This document shows positions 13,545-27,008 of a DNA stretch of 64,000 nt, piece after piece. This DNA is from Lingula anatina (Eukaryota; Animalia; Brachiopoda). The stretch's first letter is position 1, and every line of letters starts with the position of its first letter. Under the pieces are notes generated by a model, which was not told the origin of the DNA, did no database searches, and was given only the letters and a program-made list of their open reading frames with translations. The translations under genes and the position numbers were made by a program. The stretch lies in contig CM120640.1 of NCBI GenBank assembly GCA_051362555.1, forward strand, positions 24,352,225 through 24,416,224. The letters are read 5' to 3'.

Positions 13545-13848
13545 GTAAGAGAATGACTCATAACAACTGGTATTGATGATATTTCTATATAATGTAGACC
13601 CCCCCCCCAAAAAAAAAATAATAATAATAATAAATAATAAAAAAGAAAATAAAAATAAATAAAGTAAATTAGGCAGCATTAAATTGTACATTCTGTAACA
13701 TGAATGTTAGGACAGAAAGTTTGCTATATATATACCTTATTCAGCTATATATCCTCACACATAATGGGTACAGTAACAGATGTTCTTATTTAGTTGTAAT
13801 CATCGTCATTCTTTTAAATATGAACACTGTCTGAACTGTTTGTTCTAG

Positions 13849-13984
13849 GTGGATGGCCAGTCCCTTGAAGGCTATTCCAACCACCAAGCAGTGGAGGTGC
13901 TCAGACACACAGGGCAGGTGGTGCGCCTCAAGCTGGCCAGGTACCATAAGGGAGCCAAATATGAACAGTTACAGCAGTATGCAG
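13849..13984 (+). CDS. MPDZ: Exon, PDZ3 end (VDGQSLEGYSNHQAVEVLRHTGQVVRLKLARY...)
   Basis: ttctag / CAG|gtaagg; phase 0-1. Confidence 0.94.
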
Positions 13985-15585
13985 GTAAGGCATTCTAGGT
14001 GTTTCAAGAGTTTGTTGGTGTTTGGGGTTTTCAAATTTCAGCTCAAAGTCTCTCATCTTTCACATTGAAAATGTGCTTGTCTGGAAGTAGAATTAACTGG
14101 GAAATATTCTTATAAGCCAATGGTATTTCCTGCATGACCCATGTGGTAATATAAATGGAGATAAGTTTCACATAATATATATATATATATTTTTTTTTTG
14201 TGAATTGCAAAAAGAATATGTTTAAAGAATATGACTGAATGTAATTTTTTCTCTCTCCCTTCATCTCATAGTACAACTTGCTGTGCTAGTCTACACTGGG
14301 GTGGAAGAGCAAGGTGTGTCTAAGACTGGCACGTCTATATGCTTCATGGTTTTTTACTTTATGGTAGTTGGTACATGCCATGTCCACTTTGTACTTCATT
14401 TGCAGCAGTTCATGTGGTAGACTTATTATGGCTTTCCTATTGAAGTATGCGGCTCTGTTGGTAGCACCAAAGTAATGCTTCAGTTTTAGAATATAATTTT
14501 ATATCTAAACAGCAAACCAGTGGCATCTTAATACTATATTAGTGGCAGACTTAATGGTATTGCTTTTGTCCATGACCGTCTATCATGTATTGTGAGATTA
14601 TTTGATTCTGTCAACATTGATCGATTTTCATATTGAAAAAAGTGGTGTTATGTAATAACCCTTTCTTAGGGTTCTGCATAAGACATTTTACAAAATGCAT
14701 TTGAAGCCCCTAAAGCATATTAAATGTCAAGTCTGCAGGTTGTCAAACTATTGAAACCACAGTTTTGTTTTCTTTCAAATAGTGACAGATATATCTATTT
14801 TAAGAAATTCAGAGCATAAACATATTGTAAACATAAACATATTATAACTGCACTGGCATTAATGCATGCATTACCTTATATTAGATGCCTTGATAATTTT
14901 TAATTTCATTATATTTAAGATATAGTTCTATTTTTATTTAGAATGATTTGAAACTTTCCTTTTTAAAATCGTGTTTTTGATTCAACATGATTTGTTCTGT
15001 TACCTCATTCTTTTTAATGGTTTTTAACAGTCTGAAAAGTATGTTGCATTGAGCTGGTGATATTTGTTCTGCCCATTGGCCATTTTGTAGATCAGCAACT
15101 GCATTATTGTCAGAGGTGAAAGGGCTCTCAAAGCAGTGCACCTAATATTGCTTTTACACATACGTCGGTATTTGGAGGGTATTGAAGATAATACAAATAA
15201 TTCCAAAATTACTAGATTCTAATACATGATTGTAACCCAATTATTTATAGGAGTATCCACATTATTGAATATTTTTTGCCACTTAATTCTTGTCAGTGTC
15301 TCATTTAGTAGAAGGAAGATAATAATCAAGTTTATTGAGACAAAACCATTTGCTTGCTTGGTTTACCTATCATCTGAGTGTACATTTTAAATGGCCATAT
15401 GAGTTTTAAGTTATGTGTTGAGTTTAAAGAAAAAGTTTGGCATGTTTTATGCATGTTTTCCCTTACAGAGTTTCAACCTGTGCATGGCTATGCCAGGCCT
15501 TTGCTTTAGTGCCAACTCGGGAGATTAAATAATTTCCGAACCTGTGTAAACTTCAGCTCATGTCTCTTGCATCCCTTCTTTTCAG

Positions 15586-15819
15586 CCCACACTGCTGCTA
15601 AGGCTGCTGCTGCTGCTGCTCTGGCTGCTGGAGAGGCTCAGCATGTGTCATCATCCCCCACCCCCTCCTCTCCACCCTCCAGGTCTCCCCCACCACCCCC
15701 ACATGACCAGTATGAGGAGGAAAATGAAACATACAGGGCCGTCAAACAAGACGTTTCTGAAGAAGTGACCAAAGATGTCGACATCAATGATCTAAGCATG
15801 TACTTAGATGAAGATTACA
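15586..15819 (+). CDS. MPDZ: Exon, PDZ3-4 linker, Ala/Pro/Ser-rich
   Basis: cttcttttcag / ACA|gtaagt; 234 nt, phase 1-1, open in frame. Confidence 0.85.
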
Positions 15820-15832
15820 GTAAGTTTTCAGG

Positions 15833-15834
<2 letters not shown>

Positions 15835-15910
<76 letters not shown>
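15835..15910. repeat. (GT)38 microsatellite
   Basis: Direct reading; a (TA)n run follows at about 15995-16018. Confidence 0.98.
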
Positions 15911-15912
<2 letters not shown>

Positions 15913-15996
15913 ATTCTCTCATTGACAGAAAATTTGTCCGAATTTCATTTGATATATTTTCAGTTTGTTGCATCTTTCTCCATTCTTTTCTGTTTA

Positions 15997-16027
<31 letters not shown>

Positions 16028-19000
16028 TTTTTCATGAACTGTTAACAAACACTTATGAAGCTTTCTGTCCCCCTTGTAATCAGTGTCTAATGATACAAAA
16101 CTTACCAATAGGTGGCATGAGTGAGACAATGCAGTAACTGTTCAGTCAGAACAGCAGTCACACTGAATTGAATGGCATTTGAAAGAATTGATTGTTCTTT
16201 TCTAAAAAGTTCTGTATGCATCTTGGCACAAGCTTGTATCTGTGAGCCTCAAAGGAAATGCTACATATCAACTCCCCATGCCATTGATGTGTTATGAGAT
16301 GTACTGCTTGCCAGAATTTTGTTTTTACTGAAGTGTGTGGGCCTTTGAAAGTAACTATTATAAAATCTCTGCAGGAAGCTTGGTGTTGAGTGTGGTGACA
16401 TGCCATTTTCTACTTATGGTCTCTGGCAATGGCAGAGAGTATATGACATTTCCATCATGGGCTATTTCATTAAAGGAACTACCAGAAAGTAAAAGGTTTT
16501 CATTAGATAAAAGTAATACATATGTCAGGCAGTTCTGATTTAGCAGTCATTTATGGTAATGGAATAGGGATTTTTTTTTCCTTTTATTGTTCATATTCTT
16601 CTGTAAATTCTGTAAAAAGGTTTCTAAAAACTATATGGATGATAGAAATAGGTCCTGAGGGTGCTTTTTAGTCACTATACAGCACTGGCATAGAACATAA
16701 AAATGGGTATAAAATGCAATTTAATGTTGGTGTAAATTAGACCTTATTCCAAATTTTAAAGGTACATATGAACCGAGCATCGGTGGAGCGTGGATTCCCA
16801 ATAACACATGTAAACCACTTCTACTAGATTCTTATATGACTCAAATAAATTCGACATGCCAAGGGATAAACTGAATAGATCACTCGATCAGCCATAAAAG
16901 ACCTTTAGACTGCTCCTTTCTTTAAATTTTTGGTTGTAAATTCAACCTACTTTCGTGCCCTTATTTCCTGCCCCATTGACATACAGCTTAGAATGCCAGC
17001 AGAAAAATCCGTTCAAATATCATTTTCGGGTAAAATTAAACAATGCCTTTTGGTAATTCTCTTAGTTATACTACTTGAAACTATAAGCTGGCGTTTGGTT
17101 GGTTTTTGTGACAAAAAATTGACTTTGTATACATCTTTAAGGTTCTTTAGTTGTTGTTTTTTTCTGAGCATTTGCAATGAATCTGTAAAGCCCATGGGGG
17201 TTTAAAAAAAAAAAAAAAAAAAAGGCAAAAATGAGTTGAAGAAACAGGTAGTTAACAGAAGAAATGGCTGTATCTAAAGCATAAAACTTCCAGGGCAGGG
17301 AATTTCCATTAAGAACTGAATTGAATTTCGTTGTCGTTCAAATTCATTATGGTGGTTAACAAAAGGCGAACAGGGTTCTGATTACTGATTGAAGGCCAGA
17401 TGTACGATCACCTATTGTACATTTAACGATAGGTTTTGCTAATGAAGACTGGCGGAAATTATTTTGTATTAACAGACTGTATTGGCAGTGTGGATGCTAA
17501 TGAAGCTTGGTCAAGGTCATTTTGGTTGATACTGGTTATTGTGAAGTTTGGTTTTGTAAGTGCATTTTCAGGTTCTCTGGCAAAAACATGCATAGTGCAT
17601 TACACATGTCAGAAACGTCTTCATTATGAGCTAAAATATATCACAAACAATCGTCGTGATGTAGCATTGTTGAATGGCAAGCAATAATGATTTTTTTTTT
17701 CATTTTTATGCATGATTTTCAGCTCTATGACTTATCTAGGATTAGTCTTGCAGCAACATACATATCACTTGAATGAGGATGATAAAATTTTAATAGGCCA
17801 TTGAAAGGAGAACATTCTTCAAGTATGGCTGATGCTATTCTCTAATGATTAATCTTTGAAATTCAGCTTACAACCTCGTTGAACAAGTTTTGCTGTTTAG
17901 AATACTTCATTACACAGCAGAGATGAAATTCATCATTATAGGTGATTGCTAGTGGAGAGTCTGTCATTGATTTTCATATAGTTGGAGAAATGTTGAAGCT
18001 TGTTGTGTGAAAGCACCAAAATTTCTTTTGGTTCAGCAACAGTTAAGTGACTATTGTAAACCAGAAGCAAGCGCATCTTTTGATGCTGCTTGCTGTTCCC
18101 AAATGAGACCCTGTCTGTCAATTCATCAATATTTGTCTACGGAATTGATAAAGTTCACTGGTTGGACAATTTTCAGGGATTGATGGTTTGGCATCCATCT
18201 TAAAAGTTTTGATTCATCATCCTGGCTGTTAAGAATCCCTAAAACTCAACTGAATGTGTATTTATGGCAATTAACACTAACTCAAAGCTTTGATAATAAG
18301 TGGAAGAAAGAAAAAACACCAGCAATGTGAGCTTGCATTTTCATATATTATTCTGTATAATATTAAAAATAAAAAAGAAAAAGAAAACATTAAAGCTTTT
18401 CCATCTGTGCTGTTTAATGTGTGGTGGCTTATTATAGATGCACTAAAGCTGCATTTGTGTACTATAACTCTTTCTAGACTGGTAATTTCCTGTGCTGTCA
18501 CCATGCCAAAGAGCCTACTTGATCATCCTATGGGCTGCTGTGCAGTTTGCAAGAAAAACCATCATTGTGCATTTTTGGCATCATAAGGTCTTCCGAGATT
18601 TAGCATTAAGTTTTTATAGTTTCTTTCAAGCATGCAGTGAAGTTTGCCAATATTGTGCATGCATTTGAACTCCATTAACTCTGAGCATCAAAACCCAAGA
18701 CATGAGCATTGCATCTCAACTTCATAAACCATCTGATCATTGACCTAAATCAAATACAAATACATGGAGAAACTCTTATGATTTCCTCTTTATACTGTTT
18801 TATTTTTAATATAATATAAATAATGTTTATGTACCAGTATCCATATAAAGCTTAAGAGCATTTCATTTGTCAAATTGTAAACAAAAAAGAAAATTTGATA
18901 TTGGATCATGTCAAATTAGTTCTAGTGCTTGTGACAGTAAAAGCACTCCTGAATATAATTCCCTCATGCAAAGTATAGATCACAGGACATTCAGTAGGAA

Positions 19001-20422
19001 GATTGGTAGAGATAAATAATGCAGTATTGCATTAAAGGTATTGTAGAATTGTCAGTATGAACAATTTATCAAATCTTAGTAAATGAAACCACCTTTAAAT
19101 TATGTAAACTGAAATTGTTAAATGGTGGGTTTGAGGCTGTATCTTGAATTTTCATAGCTAGTTTTAGGTTGGCATACTTACAGTTTTAAAGGTAATATTC
19201 AGAGACATAATTTACAGAAATGACACCCTTGTTGCGATCAATGTAGAGAGAACTGTTTTCTCTGAACAGCTTTTGGTTTTGCAGTAGAATTTTTTAATGT
19301 GTAGATTACTCTGGCTGATTATTGTAGCTGGTTTGTATTTCTCTCTTTCTCTCTCTGAGCTGTTTTGTTCTGTTGCCTGTTCTGAATGTTTGTCTAAATC
19401 AGTTGGGACACACTTCCCAGACTTAGTAAAAAGCATTTTATTGAAACATTTTCCAGAATTTCTAGCACTTCATGGAATGAATTTCATCATGTTTAAGTTC
19501 TGATAGTCGTTGAATAAATGATCTTTCAACCTTCTTTTGGGTTTGAAATTTAGCAAGGCTTTGACAAGATGTTTACACAGACTGTTCTTGAAATTGGTGT
19601 CTGTATGCTCCGTGTTGATATTTCATTATTGTCTCTGGGAGTATCGCAAGATGGTTACTGAAGCATAGGTATATGTCTTTTCTGAGAATTGTGGAAGAAA
19701 AAAGGAGAAACAGAAGTAACTTGGAACCAAAGCATTCAATTCAAAACATCACTGGTTCAAAGCTAGTGATTGAAAAAGGTGTCAATACGCAGTGGGAGGT
19801 TGTTCTCCATAGTGATCAGTCTCTAATTAGTGAGCACCTGATAGGCCAAAAAGAGGCCATGAAATGGACTGGCGTTCACATTTTCCTCACAGCAGCTATC
19901 AGTGCTGTTTGCTCCAGTTTCACCTGTTGAAGTTGTGCACTGGGGTGAGACCATGTGTCACATGTCACATCAGATTTACATACTATAATCCTGCCCTGAC
20001 TTTAAGCGATGCCGGGGCACCAAGATATTCCATTAGTAGCAAGTCTTTTATGATTGTAGTCTAAGTTGTAGTATTGGAAAGGACAACTGGTGTTCCCTGG
20101 CATAAGGAGAGGTCTTCTTCTTACAGTCAAGTCGCAAATCAGCAACTGAGAACCTGGAGGCTGTCACTGAAGATGAACAATAATTCTGTGAACATAATTG
20201 GATCAATGGTATAACAGACCCTGAGGAATAAATAATTCATTGCGGAATAAACAGACAAAGCAGTCTCGGTGCCTCTGTCACATAAGTGTGCGAAAGAAGT
20301 GAGCAATCAGATACTGTACATGTCTATGTGTGTGCAGATAGTTTTGTTTGCCGATGGCACTGATTGAAGTAAGCATTGGCCTTTAACTTACAACAGGTAG
20401 CATTACAGTTAATTGAGTGATC

Positions 20423-20507
20423 ATGCTATCAGCCAGCATTACTCCCATCATGACTGTGGGTAGCAGGAGACATAAACGTGGGAAGAAAATGAAAAAGAAA
20501 TGTATTG
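20423..20507 (+). CDS. Candidate alternative first exon (MLSASITPIMTVGSRRHKRGKKMKKKCI) splicing to exon 23434
   Basis: In-frame TGA at 20414, ATGs at 20423 and 20450, TTG|gtaagt consensus donor, phase 1 matches. Confidence 0.6.
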
Positions 20508-21875
20508 GTAAGTGAAAAAAGGAAAAAAAAAATTAAAGTCATGAAAATAAAGAATTTACTTGGTTTACTGGATGTTAATGTTTTGCAGAATTCATGTTAT
20601 TGGATGATTTAGTAGTGCAGGTTGTTTCCAAGTTTTGTAATTGCTAGAAGGTAAATGGGTACAAAATGTGTAAGTGGCAAGTAAGTTAAATTGTGTTTAA
20701 TGTCTGTGTTATGCTAAAACCAAGAAGTAATACGTTCATCTACAAGAATGTATACGATTAACCTGGGAGAAGGACAGGTGTGCATTAAGTATTTGGCATT
20801 TTGATCAAGCTGCCAAAAGCTACAGGTATAATGACAGTTGAACTTAGTGCCTAAGCAATCATTTATTGAAACTTGAGTGGTATACAAATAGACATATATA
20901 GTCCAGCCAGTAGTATATGGGTTACGTTCATAAATTATTCACAGTTAGTCACCAATAAGGACTTGAATAGTTATTGTGGTTTTGCAGTCATGTAGATATT
21001 ATGCACGGGATGAGGGATGGAGGTTTAATGTGGTCTGTTTGTATGTTGGTGTGGGTTGATGTATGTGTGCGTGCAGGCAAGACACGTACTCAAACACATA
21101 ACTATGGCATTGACAATACCCAAATGCCACCTTAAATCATGAATTCCATTTGGCATTTAGTTAAAAGGTGTCTGAAATATCACAATGTTATCTGCAGGCA
21201 TGCACAACCTTAGGTAATGGGTTGCTAGAGTGTGATAATAGGGAAGAAAGTATAATAAAGGCACATTAGAAGATACTACATCAGTGCTTATTGCTAAGGA
21301 ATAAGTGTTTATGTATATCTTTATTTCATTTAATCCTGAACCATTCTAGCAATATGCAGGCTGCCTACAATATTGTCATGTTTTATTATTAGCTACCAGG
21401 ATATTGAATATTGAATTTGAGTATTTTGTATATAATTAAGAGGCAGAGACATGATATGAAGAACACCTGTGCAATAAAGGAATCCTTTAAAAAATGAAAA
21501 CCCTTTTATAACTTTTGTCAATTTACAACTTTTTATCAGTTAAAAAAACCCTGACAAATACCTCAGTTAGTGCATAATGCTGTTTAGAATTTTGACATCA
21601 TGAAGAGTATAAATTTTAACTCTGGTGTATAGTTCATATTGAATGCAATAGAATTCCGCCAGACCAGCTCATCTACCATTATATTTCCCTACTGTGCTTG
21701 GTTGTAAATAATATACCAACCCCACTTCCTACTTCCATGTGCTCTCTTCAGTATTTTGGGAATATTCTGTTTCAAAATATATGATTTGGATTTATGGAAG
21801 AACTAGATTTTCCATACTGATGTAGACTATTAACTTCTAGTTAATAAGACTTTTTAGAATTAGTTTTTACCTTGC

Positions 21876-21968
21876 CATTATAGTTGATTCAATATCAAAG
21901 TGGTCTAACAATTGGCATGACATTATAGTTGATTAATATAAAAGTGGTCTAATAATTGACAGGCATGA
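21876..21968. repeat. ~45-bp tandem duplication
   Basis: cattatagttgatt(c)aatat(c/a)aaagtggtctaa occurs twice. Confidence 0.85.
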
Positions 21969-23433
21969 TTTCATTAATAATTGACATTTGTCTGAAAAAT
22001 GCTTTATTTTTATGGCCAACTTTTAATATGGGATCTCATATTTAGGCCTTTGTGAAATGATGAAATTGCTAACTAAATTTATTAATTTTTTATTTTAAAA
22101 TTTAATAATTTTTATTTTATTTCGGAATTTTATAATGTATTTTTTGTTGTTGTTGAAAAGGTGGCAGTGCATAAAAGTTTTTTAAAACTTATTTTTAGGC
22201 TCTAATATCCCAGTCAAACAGCAGTATAACATTATAAAGCCATACTCAGCAGGCTTTCATTAAAGTACTTCTCCACCTCCCAAGGTATTCTTGAACTGGT
22301 AACTAGTAACAGGGACTTGAAATGATCCACCGCAGTGAATTCAAATCAGTAATTGTTTGGTGCTGTAATCATATAATGATTGAAACTAATGGACTACTGC
22401 TGTTGTTTGGAGGCTGAACAAGTGTGGTTCAGGTGCGTGGACCAACCCCTGCTGATTTGATGGCCAAATAAAGATTGGGAGGGAGAGTTACAAGAGAGAG
22501 AGTTTGCTGATTGATATGTTTATGGGTATTAAAGCTCATAATATTTGCTATAACACCTAGACATTGATTTCATGAAAGTCAATATTTCATAACAGAGAGA
22601 GCAGAATTGTCTACCCATTACTCTATAAAGTCTATAAAGAACAAACTCCCGACAGATCCCCCCCCCTCCCCCAACCTATTTTAGAGCAGGTGAGGGTGCT
22701 ACATTCACATTCTGTTTAGAAGATAAAAAATTATATTTGTAACATGTTCTTCACATATTTAACATAATTTCACATACCTGGTTCAGTATTCAAGGATCTC
22801 TGGAAAAATGGAGAATTAAAGTGGTGTCAGCCCAGACAGGGATGCCCTGGTCGTGATTTAATTGGTTTACAGTAAATTTTAGATGCTGTAACAAAAACAA
22901 GGATTGTCTTCTTACTTTTTAACTAGTCATTATTGGTGGTATGTTGTAGTGACTTTCAAAGTAACTTCAGTTTATTAGTCTATTTTGAAGTTTCACATGA
23001 CTCTCTGCTACGTTTTGAATAACTTCCTGAAATAATTCCTTCACAATGATTAGGTTGTATCTTTTTAAACTAGGTGTGTTTTAACAATGCTGAACCTGCA
23101 ATCTGTTTTATATTTTAGTGGTCTTAAATAGATTAAGCTTTGGTTTTAGCCTACCTTGTAGTATCATTATAAATGTACAGATTGTTTGCTTGTGGTGAAT
23201 GGAGTTAGTTATAGACAACTCTTTGAAAAAAAAGGGTGTTAGGACTTGTTGCAAGAGAGGATTTTAGTCACTGTTTATGGCAAATAAAGTAGGTCCTAAA
23301 CATTTCTTTGAAAAAATAAGGGGGGGGGGGGGGGGGGGGTGAAAGCTCAACATAAATCCTTAACATTTGTGGTTATAGAAACCTGTATTTTTTGCTTGTT
23401 TTTAAACAACAGTCCTTCTTTTCCTCTTTCCAG

Positions 23434-23513
23434 GCATTCCATTGTCAAAGGAAGTAGAGGAGGCCTTAAAAGCCACTTGGCAGCCCATGGTTGGTGATGA
23501 ATACGAAGTTGTG
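23434..23513 (+). CDS. MPDZ: Exon (SIPLSKEVEEALKATWQPMVGDEYEVV) preceding PDZ4
   Basis: Long pyrimidine tract ending ccag / GTG|gtaagt; resembles the MPDZ 'W..I.G..YEIVV' segment; phase 1-0. Confidence 0.9.
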
Positions 23514-24435
23514 GTAAGTGAAAAATATCAGTGAATATAGCTATATATGTTGTCACTTATCTGTTGGCTAAAAATAACACATTCTCCAAGGGAAAGCTAT
23601 CCTTTCTCATTAACACTCCAGCTGAAGCTAGGCAGATGTAAGATATCCCCAACTTCTAGCATCTGTACTTTCCACTGAGTCTCGATCCCTTTACTCAGAT
23701 GGTTTACAGCTAGGCTGGTGACTGTGTGATTACCACATATAACTTGTTTTATATGAGAAATAGAAAACTTCCTAACACATTTTGTGCCAGTATGACATAT
23801 CTGTTTCTTATTTGGTTATAGAAAAAAAATGCAGTTGCTTGCATGCAAAATATTCTGCGCATAGCCTCTTTGACATCACTGAATTATTCCACAAATGAAT
23901 ATAAAGGAATAGATACATATTGACAAAAAGAAAGAATAGTTATAATAGGAAATGACAGCTAAATTGATGATATTGTCCTTAATTTGAGGTTTGCCATGGG
24001 GAAGTGATTCTGTACTTGATGAAGCCTGATAGTGCTATGTGGCAGTCAATCAGTAACTTCCATTATTGAACCTTGCAGGACAGAAGGACATTTCTATAAT
24101 GCAAGGAAACACAATTCTGGAAAAGACTTGACTGGTGTATTCTTTATGGCATTGATGTGTTTGTACCAGAATGACCTTGAGCTCATTAAGTGTATCTTGC
24201 TTCACATTGGCCAAGAAATAACTCGTGTTTCATAACATTCAATATCAGGTTTTTTCATAGTTTTTTAGGCACTAATATCTCGAAAGTATTTTGAGAAAAA
24301 ATTGAGTTTTAATCTTGTTTGAGTTGGCTTCCTCAGGAGTTTGTGTATAGAGTATAAGATTAGGAAGCAATTGATTGATGTGTTATAAAGTGATATAAAA
24401 AAATAAACTTTTCAATTTGGTAACACGATTGGTTC

Positions 24436-24513
24436 TATATTTTGAAGCCTAGAGCCAAGTTAAAATGAGTAGATTTAGTTTTTTTATGAAAACCCTTAAT
24501 TCTGTTTGACATA
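24436..24513. repeat. ~77-bp dispersed direct repeat, second copy at 27223..27299
   Basis: tatattttgaag(c/t)ctagagccaagtta...taattctgtttgacata in both places. Confidence 0.8.
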
Positions 24514-24542
24514 TTTACAAATTGGGTTGCCGTTTATTCTAG

Positions 24543-24716
24543 GTTGCCCAGTTGTCCAAGTTCCGTGAGGGCGGAGGCCTGGGTATAAGTTTAGAGGGTA
24601 CAGTGGATGTAGAAAATGGCCATGAGGTGCGTCCTCATCATTTCATACGCTCCATACTCCCAGATGGACCTGTGGGGGCCAACGGAAAGCTGGAGAGTGG
24701 GGATGAACTGCTGGAG
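24543..24716 (+). CDS. MPDZ: Exon, PDZ4 N-part (VAQLSKFREGGGLGISLEGTVDVENGHEVRPHHFIRSILPDGPVG...ELLE)
   Basis: ttctag / GAG|gtagta; has the invertebrate Patj-type GTVDV..VRPHH insert; phase 0-0. Confidence 0.94.
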
Positions 24717-25006
24717 GTAGTATGACATCATGCTAGTAGAATTGATGGACTTACAGAAGAAATTAATATAAATTCTGTATTTATTTCAGGAAATTTTCAA
24801 GAATTACTGAAAGCTTTTTTTTTTTTTTTGCATATGATTAAAGGCTTTGATTTTGGAATTTTGTTGAGAATGTTTCATATCAGCAGACATTACCTTGATA
24901 GTTTGAATTATTCACTTTTGAAATGTACATTAAAAATAACTGTAGGATATTAGTTTGAGAGAGGAGATAAACATTAACATGATATATTGACTGTCTTTGC
25001 TTATAG

Positions 25007-25387
25007 GTAAATGGCCGTAAGCTCCTGGGGTTGAGTCATGTTGACGTGGTCAAGATACTTAAAGAACTACCGCAACATGTCCGCATCATCTGTGCGCGGC
25101 GGAAACATTCACAGACAGACTTCAGCTATGCACAAAAGCGCGACGAGTTCTTCCAGACACCACTTCCTCCTGCACCATTTTCAGTGGGTCCCGTGCGTGG
25201 ACCTGACCGCTTGGTTAAAGCCAAGTCAGAACAGACACTCAATGTTACTGAAGTGCCGCAATTAAATAAAAATAAATCTCGTTCTCTAGAGCCCCTGACT
25301 GGCCTGGCTATGTGGAGTAGTGAGCCAGTGGTAATAGAGCTTGTTAAGGGGGACAGAGGTCTGGGCTTTAGTATATTGGACTACCAG
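25007..25387 (+). CDS. MPDZ: Exon, PDZ4 end, linker, PDZ5 start (GDRGLGFSILDYQ)
   Basis: ttatag / CAG|gtaagt; 381 nt, phase 0-0. Confidence 0.95.
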
Positions 25388-25706
25388 GTAAGTGTGATTG
25401 TCAGTCCACCAGGTGAGCATGTTTAGATGCTAACACACTTGTCTTTTGAACTATTAGGTACTGGTATGATTAATTAATTTTTTAGTGACTTGAAGTATAT
25501 TCATAGATCAAAATATGATAATTATGACAGGAAAACCAGCAGTGAGTTATTATTTCTGCTTGGCCTATAAAGCAAATGTGTATACATGATACCTCCTGTG
25601 TTACCCTTTTGAATTTTTCATATTTACAACATAGTATTCTATAAAATACTCTGGTTACTTTGAAAGTAACAATGTTGAAGGTCTTATTTTTCACATTTTT
25701 TTGCAG

Positions 25707-25955
25707 GATCCACTTAATCCCTCAGAGACTGTGATAGTGATCCGCAGCCTGGTCCCCGGGGGAGTGGCACAAGTCGATGGGAGACTGGTGCCCGGGGACC
25801 GCCTCATGTTCGTTAATGAGATCAACCTAGAGAATGCCACACTGGACCAAGCTGTGCAAGCCTTGAAAGGTGCTCCCAAGGGAGTAGTACAGATAGGAGT
25901 GGCCAAACCCTTGCCTGTGCCTGACACCAGCCTCAGTAGCCAGCCAGAAATGGTG
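25707..25955 (+). CDS. MPDZ: Exon, PDZ5 (DPLNPSETVIVIRSLVPGGVAQVDGRLVPGDRLMFVN...GVAKPLP)
   Basis: ttttgcag / GTG|gtaagt; phase 0-0. Confidence 0.95.
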
Positions 25956-26957
25956 GTAAGTCTAGTCTCTCTCTTGTTCTCTGTCCAAGGAAGCCTTGCC
26001 CCACCTGCTGCACCCTGAGTGCTACTGGAAGTGCCATGATTCCCCTTTCTAAGTGCTTTTCGCAGCCATTAACATCCTGGCCATGTGTGTGCCCCAGCCC
26101 CTTGTACATACTAATGCCCAGTTTGCTGCCTGTGTTTTCCCTGTTGTTAACCATAATATTATTGCCTGTGTTTCCTTACTACCCTGCATGTTACATGTAT
26201 AACCTGTCTTGGTGCCTTATAAATTTTTTGACTATTAAAACATGACTTGTTGCATGGGTTTTGTTGTACTAAAAGTCTTATAATTCAGATTTTTGCCCCA
26301 GTCAGTTTGAAGTTATCAGAAATGTTTAATTGAATTTTTTTGTGAGAAAGAGAGGAGGCATGTAGTGCACAAAGTGGATCAATTTCTTATGGCATTTGAG
26401 CCAATATTTCATCACAGTTGCACATTGAAGCGCAGAATTGAATTAACCAAGTTGTTTGAATTTGGCCCATCAGTGTCTCCAATGAGGAAGGAGGTATACT
26501 ATTCAATTCAGTAATTCCACTAAGGAGCAAACGAAGGTTTATAGGTTTACCATAGATTGCTTTGTGTCTTGCCAGGATATATATTGTATTTAGGCTTGGG
26601 CCTTAGTTATTGAGTTATGCCTCCTTTATAGCTTATTTTATTAACACTAATGAGTGAATGCCTTTGCATGGCTAGCTCTGACTTAATATATGACCACTGG
26701 GACATACAACGGTTTCTTGAATTGAAACGGGATAGTTCCCCTGGGAAGGCAGAGACTGGGGTGGAGGGAGTTAGTTGAGATATAGGATAGAAGTTAGACT
26801 CTGCTTGTGGCACATATTGTATGATTTGTGTTAGGCATATTTAATATAGTTATGTAGGACTTTTATAGCAGTTGAGATCAATGCCCCAAACTGCATATCT
26901 CCCATAGCATAGTTGCATTCATGTGCCACCGTGTGTACTCGTGCATGTGTGCATACG

Positions 26958-26961
<4 letters not shown>

Positions 26962-27006
<45 letters not shown>
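26962..27006. repeat. (CA)n microsatellite
   Basis: Direct reading. Confidence 0.97.

Positions 27007-27008
<2 letters not shown>

Noticed and set aside
15808-16137. ORFs with VCVCVC/HTHTHT runs
   Set aside because: Artefacts of the (GT)n and (TA)n microsatellites
16756-17223. CpG-containing stretch ending in poly-A, possibly a SINE or DNA-transposon remnant
   Set aside because: No TIR, TSD or pol III box could be identified
22389-22432. MDYCCCLEAEQVWF mini-ORF with CAG|gtgcgt donor, resembling a palmitoylated N-terminus
   Set aside because: It ends in phase 2, but the next exon (23434) needs phase 1, and I found no compatible acceptor
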